Origin: Candidatus Saccharimonadales bacterium
GTDB taxonomy: Bacteria; Patescibacteriota; Saccharimonadia; Saccharimonadales; UBA10212
Length of the DNA stretch: 64,000 nt
Assembly: GCA_040900055.1 (NCBI GenBank)
Contig: JBBDZU010000007.1
Span: forward strand, 25,831 to 89,830
Reading direction: 5' to 3'
Positions 8,841 through 18,451 of this stretch are shown here, one piece after another. Position 1 is the stretch's first letter; each line of letters opens with the position of its first letter. A model generated the notes under the pieces. That model did not search any database. It was given only the letters and a program-made list of their open reading frames with translations, and was not told the origin of the DNA. The position numbers were made by a program, and so were the translations under genes.

Positions 8841-9848
8841 ATGACACAAAAACTTGAAGTTCTGGCAGTTGGTGACGTGGTTACAGATGCTTTTATAAAA
8901 CTGGCCAACGACCAGGCAGCCGTAGAAGAAAATCCCGCGGGTCCTAAGCTAGTAATGCCCTACGCCGCCAAAGTACCGTTTGACTACACCCAGATTGTGC
9001 CGGCGGTTGGCAATGCGGCCAATGCAGCAGTGGCTTTCTCTAAGCTAGGGCTGGCTGCCGGGCTAGTCAGCAATGTCGGCGATGATTCTTATGGCCGGCA
9101 AATTATGACCGTCTTAGAAAAAGCTAAAGTTGACACCAGGTTTGTCCATATCAACAGCGGCAAAGCCAGTAACTTCCATTACGTTCTTTGGTACAAAGAA
9201 GACCGGACTATTTTAATCAAACACGAAGATTATGATTACCATTGGCCGCGCTTTAGGGCCGTTGATGTACCGGGGTGGCTTTATTTTAGCTCGGTTAGCT
9301 CCCAGGCCGAGGACTACCATGACCAACTAGCCGAATGGCTGCAGGATCACCCAGACGTAAAACTAGCCTTCCAGCCCGGAACTTTTCAAATACAAGCGGG
9401 GCCCGAGCGCTTGGCAAAAATTTACCAGCGCTCCGAAGTATTGGCCGTTAACCGCCAGGAGGCAGCCGAGATTTCCGGCGGAGACGCCTCAAATATTAAT
9501 GAGCTATTTGACCGATTGCACGGTCTTGGCCCTAAAATAGTAGTGATTAGCGACGGCCATGCTGGCGCATATGCTAGTTCGGGGCAAGCTCGCTATAAAA
9601 TGCCCATATATCCGGACCCTAAGCAACCGTTCGAACGAACCGGAGCCGGCGATGCTTTTACTTCAACCTTTGTAGCCGCTTTAATAAAGGGCGGCGATAT
9701 AGAAAGCGCCCTTTACTGGGCCCCCATAAATGCCATGAGTGTAGTACAAAAAGTAGGCGCCCAGGCTGGACTGCTAGACGAGACGGAAATCGATCGGTTG
9801 CTCCGGGCTGCACCAGAAAACTATCGTCCGGCGAGACTTGAGCCATGA
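8841..9848 (+). CDS. carbohydrate kinase, PfkB/ribokinase family
   Basis: N-terminal GDVVTDAF and C-terminal TGAGDAFTSTFVAAL PfkB signatures. Substrate not inferable from sequence alone. Confidence 0.8.
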   Translation: MTQKLEVLAVGDVVTDAFIKLANDQAAVEENPAGPKLVMPYAAKVPFDYTQIVPAVGNAANAAVAFSKLGLAAGLVSNVGDDSYGRQIMTVLEKAKVDTRFVHINSGKASNFHYVLWYKEDRTILIKHEDYDYHWPRFRAVDVPGWLYFSSVSSQAEDYHDQLAEWLQDHPDVKLAFQPGTFQIQAGPERLAKIYQRSEVLAVNRQEAAEISGGDASNINELFDRLHGLGPKIVVISDGHAGAYASSGQARYKMPIYPDPKQPFERTGAGDAFTSTFVAALIKGGDIESALYWAPINAMSVVQKVGAQAGLLDETEIDRLLRAAPENYRPARLEP

Positions 9849-10891
9849 CTAAAACACTAGCGGTTATCTTGGCTAAGCCAGAGAACGAAATAGCCCGCCT
9901 GATTTCAAATTTAGAGCGTCTGCATGGTCACCGAAGCTACGACGTTCGGTTAATGGCCAATCACTTGCACAAAATCAATGCCAAGCTAACGCAGCTTGGT
10001 CTGGATCCTAATGACACTACAGGTCCCGAGCTCTACCAAGCTCTGCTTGGCCGATTTGATAAGGACTCTCGTAAGATTGACCAAGCTTTAGGGGTAAATT
10101 CCCAAACGAGTGCCCAAGAACGACTACAGCTGGCTGTCGAGTTTGCGCAACAGCTTTTGGGTCCAGGCGAGGTATGGGCCTTGAAACGGACGGTCGCTAA
10201 GACTCTCTTAAAGCAGCAACCACCCAAAAAACTTATGAAACTGTTGGGATACCGCACGCTAGACTCTATGCTCAAACGTCAGAATATCGCCTCACTTTAC
10301 TTAAGTGTGGGGTATGTTGAGTCGTCATCTTGGCAAAAGAACCTGCGAGCGAAAATAATCAAGCTGGGGCAGGATAACTTCGAAATGCGCTCACCCGAGA
10401 TTGTTTTTTTGCCAGCTAAGACCTGGGCAGCTGTTCGTGGACCTAACACCCATGTAGCCGTCAGCAAACTAATGGGGGCGGTAACCGTAAGATCGCTTAC
10501 ATTTACTGATATCCCAGTATCAACCTACGTGCTATTTTTGCTGGAGGGGCTAAACCAAATTGGAGCGCTTAAAACCTCTCACACATTATTAAACGCTCAT
10601 CCTGCTTTGAATTTTTGGGCCGACAGCTGGCATCTTATGGCCACTTCCGATAATCGACCTGTGTCGCTTAATTTGCACGATGTAGCTATAAATCATTTAC
10701 TTAAAGCCAGTTTCGACGGCAGGTCTTTAGAGCATGGCCGGCAGGCCTTATTGTCCGAGCTAGCCAGCTATTACCATAAAGGCGCAGACGATATTAAAGT
10801 CTTGGCCAAGTCTCTCCAAATCGAACTAACTGATTTAATGCCCCTACCTTCTAAGTTGCAGCCGGCGGTAGAATACTCGGTGGTGGAATAG
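9845..10891 (+). CDS. hypothetical protein (348 aa), no family recognised
   Basis: Long ORF. Its start overlaps the pfkB stop (ATGA), and the next gene starts 2 nt after its stop. Confidence 0.6.
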   Translation: MTKTLAVILAKPENEIARLISNLERLHGHRSYDVRLMANHLHKINAKLTQLGLDPNDTTGPELYQALLGRFDKDSRKIDQALGVNSQTSAQERLQLAVEFAQQLLGPGEVWALKRTVAKTLLKQQPPKKLMKLLGYRTLDSMLKRQNIASLYLSVGYVESSSWQKNLRAKIIKLGQDNFEMRSPEIVFLPAKTWAAVRGPNTHVAVSKLMGAVTVRSLTFTDIPVSTYVLFLLEGLNQIGALKTSHTLLNAHPALNFWADSWHLMATSDNRPVSLNLHDVAINHLLKASFDGRSLEHGRQALLSELASYYHKGADDIKVLAKSLQIELTDLMPLPSKLQPAVEYSVVE

Positions 10892-10892
10892 T

Positions 10893-11459
10893 ATGTATCA
10901 AATCTGTGTATCCGGAGCAGCTAAAGGCACTAGTGTCGAAGACGGCAAAAAACTAGCTAATCAAATTGGTGGAGCGATTGCTAAAGCTGGTCATACGCTT
11001 ATGACTGGGGCAACGACTGGCCTGCCAGACCAAGCGGCCATTGGCTATAAAAAGGCTGGCGGTAAGATGAGTTTAGGATTGTCGCCAGCTGCTACTAAAG
11101 TTGAGCACGTTTTAAAATACCGTTTGCCAACCGAACATTATGACGCCATTTTATATACCGGCTTGCATTATGGCGGCCGGGACGCCTTGTTAATAAATTC
11201 GGCAGACGCCGTGGTAACTATTGGCGGGCGGTTGGGCACGCTTCATGAATTTACCATTGCTGCCGAGACCCACACGCCAATAGGCATCATGGAGAGTGCA
11301 GGCGGCATTAGCGCCCAAATTCAGCAGCTAATGAAACTTTTGCCCAACGCCCGCGAAGACTTAGTGATTTTTGAGGATGACCCAGAGAAACTAGTAGCTA
11401 AGTTAACAAGCTTGCTCAACAGACTACATATAGAATATCGCAATATTTACAATAATTAG
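10893..11459 (+). CDS. SLOG/LOG-like Rossmann-fold protein (TIGR00725-like)
   Basis: ICVSGAAKG N-terminus and IGGRLGTLHEF, resembling the GGxGTxxE motif of the LOG/DprA-related superfamily. Confidence 0.65.
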   Translation: MYQICVSGAAKGTSVEDGKKLANQIGGAIAKAGHTLMTGATTGLPDQAAIGYKKAGGKMSLGLSPAATKVEHVLKYRLPTEHYDAILYTGLHYGGRDALLINSADAVVTIGGRLGTLHEFTIAAETHTPIGIMESAGGISAQIQQLMKLLPNAREDLVIFEDDPEKLVAKLTSLLNRLHIEYRNIYNN

Positions 11460-11481
11460 AGAGCTGTATATAGTTGGGCTC

Positions 11482-12129
11482 ATGAAGCATAAGCGTCATT
11501 TTAATAAAGGTTTTACAGCCATACATTCTCTGCTGATACTGGTGGTGGTAGGGGTAATAGGCTATGCCGGCTGGTATGTTTGGGACAATCGTGAAAATGA
11601 TAGAGAAATTCCAAGCGTTGGGGAGCAAGAAATTAATAGTGGCTGGAATACCACAGTCGAATCTGGCCAAAAACGGTTTTCAATAATTTTTCCTGATGGT
11701 TGGGGGGAGATCCTAAAGCCCTTAGACTCTGATTGGTTTTTAATAAATGGTGACAAGCAGCCGACTATTGAAATTGGTAAGCCTGTTAAAATTACAGAGC
11801 TAGAAGGTTACGGTGGAGATAGCCTGACTCTATTTTCTGTACTCGTTTATGATAATTTCGCCAAGCCTAGAGGAACAGCTGAAGATTACACTCTCACCAA
11901 CGGTAAAGATAATCCAATCGAAGGTAAAAAATACGTATATATCCATGATAAGGACTCCCTTGAGGGCATCGGATACCAGCGCTTCAAAGGCGATCGTGAC
12001 TATGAATACATCTTTCCTTTAGGCGGGGGTGAAGAACTACGCATATCCTACTCAGTCTACGGAGCAGATCCTCGAAATAGTCTAAAAACTGTCGAAGCCA
12101 TCATAGAGACCATACGCTTGAAAAATTAG
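11482..12129 (+). CDS. hypothetical membrane-anchored/exported protein
   Basis: N-terminal hydrophobic helix (SLLILVVVGVIGYAGWYVW) followed by a ~180-aa soluble domain with no recognised motif. Confidence 0.55.
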   Translation: MKHKRHFNKGFTAIHSLLILVVVGVIGYAGWYVWDNRENDREIPSVGEQEINSGWNTTVESGQKRFSIIFPDGWGEILKPLDSDWFLINGDKQPTIEIGKPVKITELEGYGGDSLTLFSVLVYDNFAKPRGTAEDYTLTNGKDNPIEGKKYVYIHDKDSLEGIGYQRFKGDRDYEYIFPLGGGEELRISYSVYGADPRNSLKTVEAIIETIRLKN

Positions 12130-12146
12130 CTTGTTACAATTTATAG

Positions 12147-14102
12147 GTGAGTAAATTCCACCTAAAGAGTGAGTATCAGCCGACAGGCGATCAGCCTACG
12201 GCAATTGCTAAATTGACAGAAGGGCTAAGCAAGGGCTTGCGCGAGCAGGTTTTACTTGGAGTAACCGGCAGCGGCAAAACCTTCACCATGGCAAATGTTA
12301 TTGCCAATACCCAAAAAACAACTTTGGTGTTGTCTCACAATAAAACCTTGGCGGCACAGCTTTATAACGAGTTTAGGCAATTTTTTCCTAAAAATGCCGT
12401 GCACTATTTTGTCAGCTACTTTGACTATTACCAGCCAGAAGCCTACATGCCCAGGACCGACACATATATAGAGAAAGACAGCGACATAAACGAAGAAATC
12501 GACCGGTTGCGCCACGCCGCCACCGGTTCGCTCCTGTCGCGCCACGACTGCATTATCGTTGCATCGGTATCTTGCATTTATGGCATTGGTTCGGTAGAAG
12601 ATTACGCCAACCTAACACTCAAACTAAAGGTTGGCGAGCGGCGCTTACGCGATAAGCTGCTTCGTCAGCTAACGGACATCCAGTACCGCCGTAACGACAC
12701 AGACTTTCATCGCAGTACCTTTAGAGTTAGGGGTGATGTAGTGGATATCTTCCCGGCCGGGGAAGAATCGGCGTACCGGGTGGAATTGTTTGGCGACCAG
12801 CTAGAGAAAATAACCAAAATCAATCCCCTAACAGGCGAAGTGAAGAAAGCACTTAACACCTTAAGTATTTTCCCGGGCTCTCACTATGTGACTCCCGAAG
12901 AAAAGTTAAAAAAGGCCCTGGGCTTAATCCGCGCCGAAACTGCAGAAAGGTTAGCTTGGTTCAAAAGTCATGGCAAACTACTAGAAGCCCAGCGGCTGGA
13001 ACAGCGGGTCAAGTTTGACCTAGAGATGTTAGAACAAACTGGCTTCGTCAAAGGTATTGAGAACTACAGCCTTTATCTTACTAATCGTAAACCCGGCGAA
13101 CAGCCAGCTACTTTGCTAGATTATTTTCCGGATGACTTTTTAATGTTCATTGACGAGTCGCACATGAGCATACCACAGGTTCGGGGTATGTACGCAGGTG
13201 ATCGTTCCCGCAAAGAAGTGCTGGTAGAACATGGCTTTCGTTTGCCTAGCGCCCTAGATAATCGTCCTTTAACATTCTCGGAATTTGAAAGACACACTAA
13301 CCAGGTTATCTATGTCAGCGCTACGCCAGCCGAATTTGAGTTGTCTAGGAGTCCAGAGCCAGTCCAGCAGCTTATTAGGCCAACCGGCTTGGTCGATCCG
13401 AAAATCGAAATCCGCCCTACAACCGGTCAAATTGACGACCTAATAGAAGAAATCCGGGCAACCGTAAATAAGGGGCAACGGCTGTTGGTAACTACGCTAA
13501 CCAAGCGGATGGCCGAGGACTTAAGCGAGTATCTGGCCGAACTGGGCATTAAAGTCGCTTATATCCATAGCGAAATCGACACCTTAGAACGGACCGATTT
13601 GTTGCGCGACCTGCGCTTAGGTGTTTACGATGCGTTAGTAGGGATTAACCTGCTTCGGGAGGGCTTGGACTTGCCAGAAGTTAGCCTGGTAGCCATTTTA
13701 GACGCCGATAAAGAAGGTTTTTTACGAAGCTCACAAGCCTTAATCCAGACTGTTGGACGGGCGGCTCGCCATCTGGAGGGCCGGGTAATAATGTACGGCG
13801 ATAACGTCACCGGCAGCATGCAAAGGACTATCGACGAAACAAATCGCCGCCGGAAAATCCAGCAAGACCATAACCGCAAGCACGGCATTACGCCCAAAGG
13901 CATTAGCCGGGAAGTTGGCGATATGCTGCCGCGAGAGATAGCCCCCGAACCAAAGATAGATCTTCGCAAAATTCCTAAGGATGAATATAATCACCTGGTC
14001 CGAGATCTAACAGCTCAAATGAAGTTGGCAGCTGCCAACCTAGAGTTCGAGAAAGCCGCCGAGCTTAGGGATGTCATTGCCGAGGTGAAAGCCAAGCTAT
14101 GA
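12147..14102 (+). CDS. uvrB: excinuclease ABC subunit B
   Basis: [12 protein letters not shown] Walker A, DESH box and C-terminal UVR motif ([11 protein letters not shown]). GTG start 6 nt after TACAAT. Confidence 0.97.
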   Translation: MSKFHLKSEYQPTGDQPTAIAKLTEGLSKGLREQVLLGVTGSGKTFTMANVIANTQKTTLVLSHNKTLAAQLYNEFRQFFPKNAVHYFVSYFDYYQPEAYMPRTDTYIEKDSDINEEIDRLRHAATGSLLSRHDCIIVASVSCIYGIGSVEDYANLTLKLKVGERRLRDKLLRQLTDIQYRRNDTDFHRSTFRVRGDVVDIFPAGEESAYRVELFGDQLEKITKINPLTGEVKKALNTLSIFPGSHYVTPEEKLKKALGLIRAETAERLAWFKSHGKLLEAQRLEQRVKFDLEMLEQTGFVKGIENYSLYLTNRKPGEQPATLLDYFPDDFLMFIDESHMSIPQVRGMYAGDRSRKEVLVEHGFRLPSALDNRPLTFSEFERHTNQVIYVSATPAEFELSRSPEPVQQLIRPTGLVDPKIEIRPTTGQIDDLIEEIRATVNKGQRLLVTTLTKRMAEDLSEYLAELGIKVAYIHSEIDTLERTDLLRDLRLGVYDALVGINLLREGLDLPEVSLVAILDADKEGFLRSSQALIQTVGRAARHLEGRVIMYGDNVTGSMQRTIDETNRRRKIQQDHNRKHGITPKGISREVGDMLPREIAPEPKIDLRKIPKDEYNHLVRDLTAQMKLAAANLEFEKAAELRDVIAEVKAKL

Positions 14103-14115
14103 TGTGGGATAATGA

Positions 14116-14415
14116 TTGACAAAGATGAGTAAGTTATCGCGCGAGGACGTTTTGAGACTGGCTCATTTAAGCCGCCTAAAATTGTCCGAGGAAGAAGTAG
14201 AGAAATACCGCGGCGAACTCTCTAAAATCCTTTCTTATGTAGAGACTTTAAACAAAGTTGATACCAAAAATGTGCCACCAACCTACCAAGTTACTGGCTT
14301 AACCTCCGTAATGCGAGATGATGAGCCAATTGATTACGAAGCTAAGTCCAAGGATCTACTTAAAAACGCCCCAGCTTTAAGCAAAAACCAATTTAAAGTC
14401 AAAAGAGTTTTGTAA
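14116..14415 (+). CDS. gatC: Asp/Glu-tRNA amidotransferase subunit C
   Basis: ~95 aa, LAHLSRLKLSEEE...L..IL.YVE.L pattern, immediately upstream of gatA. The ATG at 14125 is an alternative start. Confidence 0.9.
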   Translation: MTKMSKLSREDVLRLAHLSRLKLSEEEVEKYRGELSKILSYVETLNKVDTKNVPPTYQVTGLTSVMRDDEPIDYEAKSKDLLKNAPALSKNQFKVKRVL

Positions 14416-14417
14416 AG

Positions 14418-15830
14418 ATGAGCAGCTGGCCAAAACTAGCAGATATAGCAATCCGCGTCCAAAAAGGCGAAGCTACTGCTACGGATTTGGTTGACCAGGC
14501 ATTGACAGCTATAGAAGCTAATACCGATTTTAAGGCCATAATTTCGGTATGTGAAAGCGCTAAAGACAAAGCTCGCCAAATTGACCAAAAAGTAAGCTCC
14601 GGAGAGCTAGCCGGTAGGCTGGCTGGTGTACCCTTTATTGCTAAAGATAATTTTTTGTACGAAGAAACTACCGCAGCCAGCAATATATTAGCCGGCTTTA
14701 AGGCACCTTACCGCGCCACAGCCATTGCGCGCCTTGAAGACGAGGGGGCTATTTGTGTAGCCAAGGCCAATTTGGACGCTTTTGCTCATGGTAGCAGCAC
14801 AGAAAATAGTGATTTTTTTGTAACTAAAAATCCCCATGACCAGACCAGGGTAGCCGGAGGCAGTTCTGGCGGCTCAGCTGCAGCAGTGGCGCTAGAGATG
14901 GCTCCTTTTGCTCTTGGCACCGATACTGGGGGGTCTGTGCGTTTGCCGGCGGCATTTTGTGGAACTATTGGCTATAAACCAACTTACGGCCTAGTCAGTC
15001 GCAGCGGAGTAATAGCGATGACCAGCAGCATAGATGTTATTGGCCCTATAACTACCAATACGAAGGATGCCGGTCTAATCTTAGATATCATCAGCGGCAA
15101 AGACGAGCTAGACAGCACAACTATTGATAAAGATGCTAAAGGCTACGATGATCTTGAAAAAACCGACTTTGGGAAGCTTCGGATTGGCATTATTAAAGAG
15201 TATATGGACGAGGGCGTGGAGCCTGGTGTAATAAAAGCCACCCAAAATGCAATCGCCAAGCTTAAAAAAGCCGGTGCCAAAATGCAAGAAGTGAGCTTAG
15301 AGCACATAGAACTAGCCTTGGCGGTTTATTACATCATCACGCCAGCAGAAGTCAGCAGTAACTTAAGCCGCTATGACGGGCAGCGCTTTGGCTATTTTTC
15401 CAAAAACGCCAAAACCTTAGAAGAGAGCTACAGTTTGGCGCGGGGTGAAGGCTTTGGTGCCGAAGCCAAAAGGCGGATTATGATGGGAACTTACGTTTTA
15501 TCAAGCGGCTACTACGAGGCCTACTACAAAAAAGCCCAGCTAGTCCGTACTAAAATCATCAACCAATTTAATGAAGCCTTTAAAAACTACGATTTACTGG
15601 TTGGGCCAACAGCTCCGACAACTGCCTTTAAGATTGGTGAAAAAACTAAAGATCCCCTATCGATGTACCTGTCGGACATTTTGACAGTTGGCGCGAATAT
15701 TGCCGGACTGCCTGCTGTAAGCCTGCCAGCTGGCCAATCTTCTGGCTTGCCAGTCGGTTTCCAAATGATAGCGCAAGCCGGGGAAGACAGAGCGCTGCTA
15801 GCAGCTGCCAGGAGCTTTGAATCCTTATGA
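14418..15830 (+). CDS. gatA: Asp/Glu-tRNA amidotransferase subunit A
   Basis: Amidase signature GGSSGGSAAAVA and GTDTGGSVR. Confidence 0.96.
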   Translation: MSSWPKLADIAIRVQKGEATATDLVDQALTAIEANTDFKAIISVCESAKDKARQIDQKVSSGELAGRLAGVPFIAKDNFLYEETTAASNILAGFKAPYRATAIARLEDEGAICVAKANLDAFAHGSSTENSDFFVTKNPHDQTRVAGGSSGGSAAAVALEMAPFALGTDTGGSVRLPAAFCGTIGYKPTYGLVSRSGVIAMTSSIDVIGPITTNTKDAGLILDIISGKDELDSTTIDKDAKGYDDLEKTDFGKLRIGIIKEYMDEGVEPGVIKATQNAIAKLKKAGAKMQEVSLEHIELALAVYYIITPAEVSSNLSRYDGQRFGYFSKNAKTLEESYSLARGEGFGAEAKRRIMMGTYVLSSGYYEAYYKKAQLVRTKIINQFNEAFKNYDLLVGPTAPTTAFKIGEKTKDPLSMYLSDILTVGANIAGLPAVSLPAGQSSGLPVGFQMIAQAGEDRALLAAARSFESL

Positions 15831-16234
15831 CCGAGATTTTTTTAGCTGTTGCCATAGTATTTGGGATATTAATCTTAGCCTTACTTAATATTTTCGGCAG
15901 AAAATTTCACCGTCGAGTTAATCAAAAATATTTTTATAAGCAGTGGAATATGATACTGTCCCAGGTTAAGACGCCAGAAGGTCGTATTTTAGCCATTATC
16001 GATGCCGACAAGCTGCTCGATCAGGCCCTGCGCCGCAGTGGTCTTAGGGGTAAGACAGTCGGCGAAAGATTAGTAGCGGCTCAGCGTAAATTATCCGATA
16101 ACGACGCAGTTTGGTATGCCCACAAATTGCGTAACCGCCTAGTCCATGAACCTAACGTTAAGCTTAAAAAATCAGAAGCCCAATTAGCCCTAACCGGTTT
16201 TAGGCAAGGTCTCAGAGACCTAGGCGCGCTATGA
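15827..16234 (+). CDS. membrane-anchored protein with HEPN-type RNxxxH motif (hypothetical)
   Basis: N-terminal TM helix (IFLAVAIVFGILILALLNIF). C-terminal helical domain ending AVWYAHKLRNRLVHEP. ATGA overlaps with both the gatA stop and the gatB start. Confidence 0.7.
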   Translation: MTEIFLAVAIVFGILILALLNIFGRKFHRRVNQKYFYKQWNMILSQVKTPEGRILAIIDADKLLDQALRRSGLRGKTVGERLVAAQRKLSDNDAVWYAHKLRNRLVHEPNVKLKKSEAQLALTGFRQGLRDLGAL

Positions 16235-17661
16235 AAAACATAAAATATATTTCAACTATCGGTATAGAGTGTCATGTCCAGCTTAAGACTAAAACTAAAT
16301 TATTTTCAGCCGTTAGTAATGATGCTAGGGGAGCTTCACCAAACAGCTTAATCAGTCATATAGATGCAGGTATGCCAGGCGCCCTGCCAGTTTTAAATTC
16401 GGCAGCGGTAGAGTTAGGCATCGTCGCAGCTTTAGCTTTTGGCGTGGAGCCGCAAAAGTTTTCTAAGTTTGAGCGCAAGCATTACTTTTATCCAGACTTG
16501 CCCAAGGGCTATCAGATTACTCAGTACGAGGATCCCATAATTGTCGGCGGGCATCTAGATTTTGCAATCGACGGGAAATCAAAGCGAGTAGGCATCGCCC
16601 GGGCTCATCTAGAAGAAGATGCTGGTAAAAACACACATCCAGCCGGAGCAGATTATTCGCTGGTTGACTTAAATCGGGCTGGTACACCATTGTTGGAAAT
16701 AGTCACGCAGCCGGATATGCACAGCCCGGCTGAAGCTAAACAGCTAGCCCGCGAGCTTTGGCTCGTTATGAAGTATGCCGGCGTGACTGACGGTGATTTA
16801 TACCATGGGCATATGCGCTTTGACATGAACGTCAGCATCAGCTCAGATGAAGCCACCTTGGGCACCCGCACGGAGACTAAAAACCTAAACAGCTTCCGTA
16901 GTGTAGAAAACGCCGCCGCCTACGAAATCAAGCGGCAAATCGATATCTTAGAAAAAGGTGGAGAGGTTATTCAAGAAACTCGGGGGTGGGACGAAGCCAA
17001 ACAAAAAACTGTCTCGCAGCGAGGCAAAGAAGAGGCCGAAGACTACCGCTATATGCCAGAACCCGACATTCCACCACTAGTGCTCGATAAAGCGCAGGTA
17101 GATAAGGTCCGTGCGCAAATGTCTGAGTTACCAGGTTCAATTCGGCAAAAACTAACTAAGTTAGAGATTTCTAAAAATGTCATAGAAGATATTCTAGACC
17201 GTCCGGCGGTCGTGTTCACGGTTCTGAAGATTTTGGAACAAGCCTCGGTCCCAGACGCCAAGCGAGCCGCCTTTTGGCTAATTGGCGCTCAATCTCCCGA
17301 AGTAACTGGGGAAATTGAACCGGAGTTAGAACCGAAGCGAGTTATCGAGTTATCACAAATGGTCGAAAGTGGAGATTTGAGCTCTAGCGCGGCCAAGCAA
17401 GTCTTTAACGAACTGCTCAGTTCCGCCGATGAGCCTGTCGCTATCGCTAAACGGTTAAACCTGCTACAAGTTTCTAATCAAGCCGAAATTGAGAATCATG
17501 TTAAGCAAGCCATAAGTCAAAACCCCAAAGTAGTTGCGGACATTAAGGCCGGTAATAAAAAGGCTACGGGCTTTTTGGTTGGTCAGGTCATGGATTTGAG
17601 TGGCGGCCGGGCCAATCCGGAAATGGTAGCCAAAAGCATAGATAAAATCTTAAATAAATAA
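16231..17661 (+). CDS. gatB: Asp/Glu-tRNA amidotransferase subunit B
   Basis: IGIECHVQL, HYFYPDLPKGYQITQ and a C-terminal GatB/YqeY domain. Confidence 0.96.
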   Translation: MKNIKYISTIGIECHVQLKTKTKLFSAVSNDARGASPNSLISHIDAGMPGALPVLNSAAVELGIVAALAFGVEPQKFSKFERKHYFYPDLPKGYQITQYEDPIIVGGHLDFAIDGKSKRVGIARAHLEEDAGKNTHPAGADYSLVDLNRAGTPLLEIVTQPDMHSPAEAKQLARELWLVMKYAGVTDGDLYHGHMRFDMNVSISSDEATLGTRTETKNLNSFRSVENAAAYEIKRQIDILEKGGEVIQETRGWDEAKQKTVSQRGKEEAEDYRYMPEPDIPPLVLDKAQVDKVRAQMSELPGSIRQKLTKLEISKNVIEDILDRPAVVFTVLKILEQASVPDAKRAAFWLIGAQSPEVTGEIEPELEPKRVIELSQMVESGDLSSSAAKQVFNELLSSADEPVAIAKRLNLLQVSNQAEIENHVKQAISQNPKVVADIKAGNKKATGFLVGQVMDLSGGRANPEMVAKSIDKILNK

Positions 17662-17723
17662 TTCATTGAGCTCATCCAGGCGAACACTTGTGGCTACTGC
17701 CCTTGACAGAGTATAATTTAGGT

Positions 17724-17972
17724 ATGGAAACAGCCGCGCAGGTCCTTTTGATTATTGTTAGCGCGATTTTAGCTATTTTTTTGCTGGCCTTAGTTATTTT
17801 GGCTGTTTATATCATAAAATTCTTACGGCGGGCCGACCAAGTTGCTGATAGTTTTGAGTCAGCCGCTACGGCTATTAGGCGTAGCGCCTCAGCTATGCCG
17901 TTTGTCAGGCTGGCGACTAACTTATTTAATAAATCAAGGAAACGTAAAGCAGAAAGGAATTCAAATGACTAA
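17724..17972 (+). CDS. small membrane protein (DUF948-like)
   Basis: I take the start as the ATG at 17724, 6 nt after TATAAT. One TM helix, then a charged tail. Sits upstream of a YtxH-like gene, a pairing common in Firmicutes. Confidence 0.55.
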   Translation: METAAQVLLIIVSAILAIFLLALVILAVYIIKFLRRADQVADSFESAATAIRRSASAMPFVRLATNLFNKSRKRKAERNSND

Positions 17973-18372
17973 GAATCATACTGGACGTAGATTAGCCCTC
18001 GGGGCCTTAATCGCAGGAGCTGCTGGCTACGTAACCGGCATTTTAACTGCTCCTAAAAGCGGCAAGCAAACTCGTCAAGACGTTATCGATAAAGCTGGAG
18101 AGATTAAATCCGAGGCCGAAGACCAGCTTCAAAAAGCCCATGACGAACTAAACAGTGCCCTAAAAAATGCCAAGACTAAGACGGTTGCACTTGGCACTCA
18201 AGCCAAAGCCGAATTTAATGAAACTGTAATACGCGCAAAAGATGCCAGAAACAAAACAGCCGAACTACTTAAAGCCGCTCGTGCCGGCGAGGCCGACGAC
18301 CCAGAGCTAAATAAAGCCATCAAACAGGCTAAACAGGCCCGCAAGAACCTAGCCAACTACTTTAAAAGTTAA
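17965..18372 (+). CDS. YtxH-domain protein
   Basis: I take the start as the ATG at 17965. The protein begins MTKNHTGRRLALGALIAGAAGYVTGILTAPKSGKQTRQD and continues as a long charged helix, as in the YtxH family. The listed 17842 start is an upstream extension overlapping the previous gene. Confidence 0.7.
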   Translation: MTKNHTGRRLALGALIAGAAGYVTGILTAPKSGKQTRQDVIDKAGEIKSEAEDQLQKAHDELNSALKNAKTKTVALGTQAKAEFNETVIRAKDARNKTAELLKAARAGEADDPELNKAIKQAKQARKNLANYFKS

Positions 18373-18451
18373 CTAAAACTCTCGCGCTTTTGCCTAAAAA
18401 TACAACGAAGTGTAGGTAGCTATACGGTAGCCTCAGCTATAATGTAGCTAG

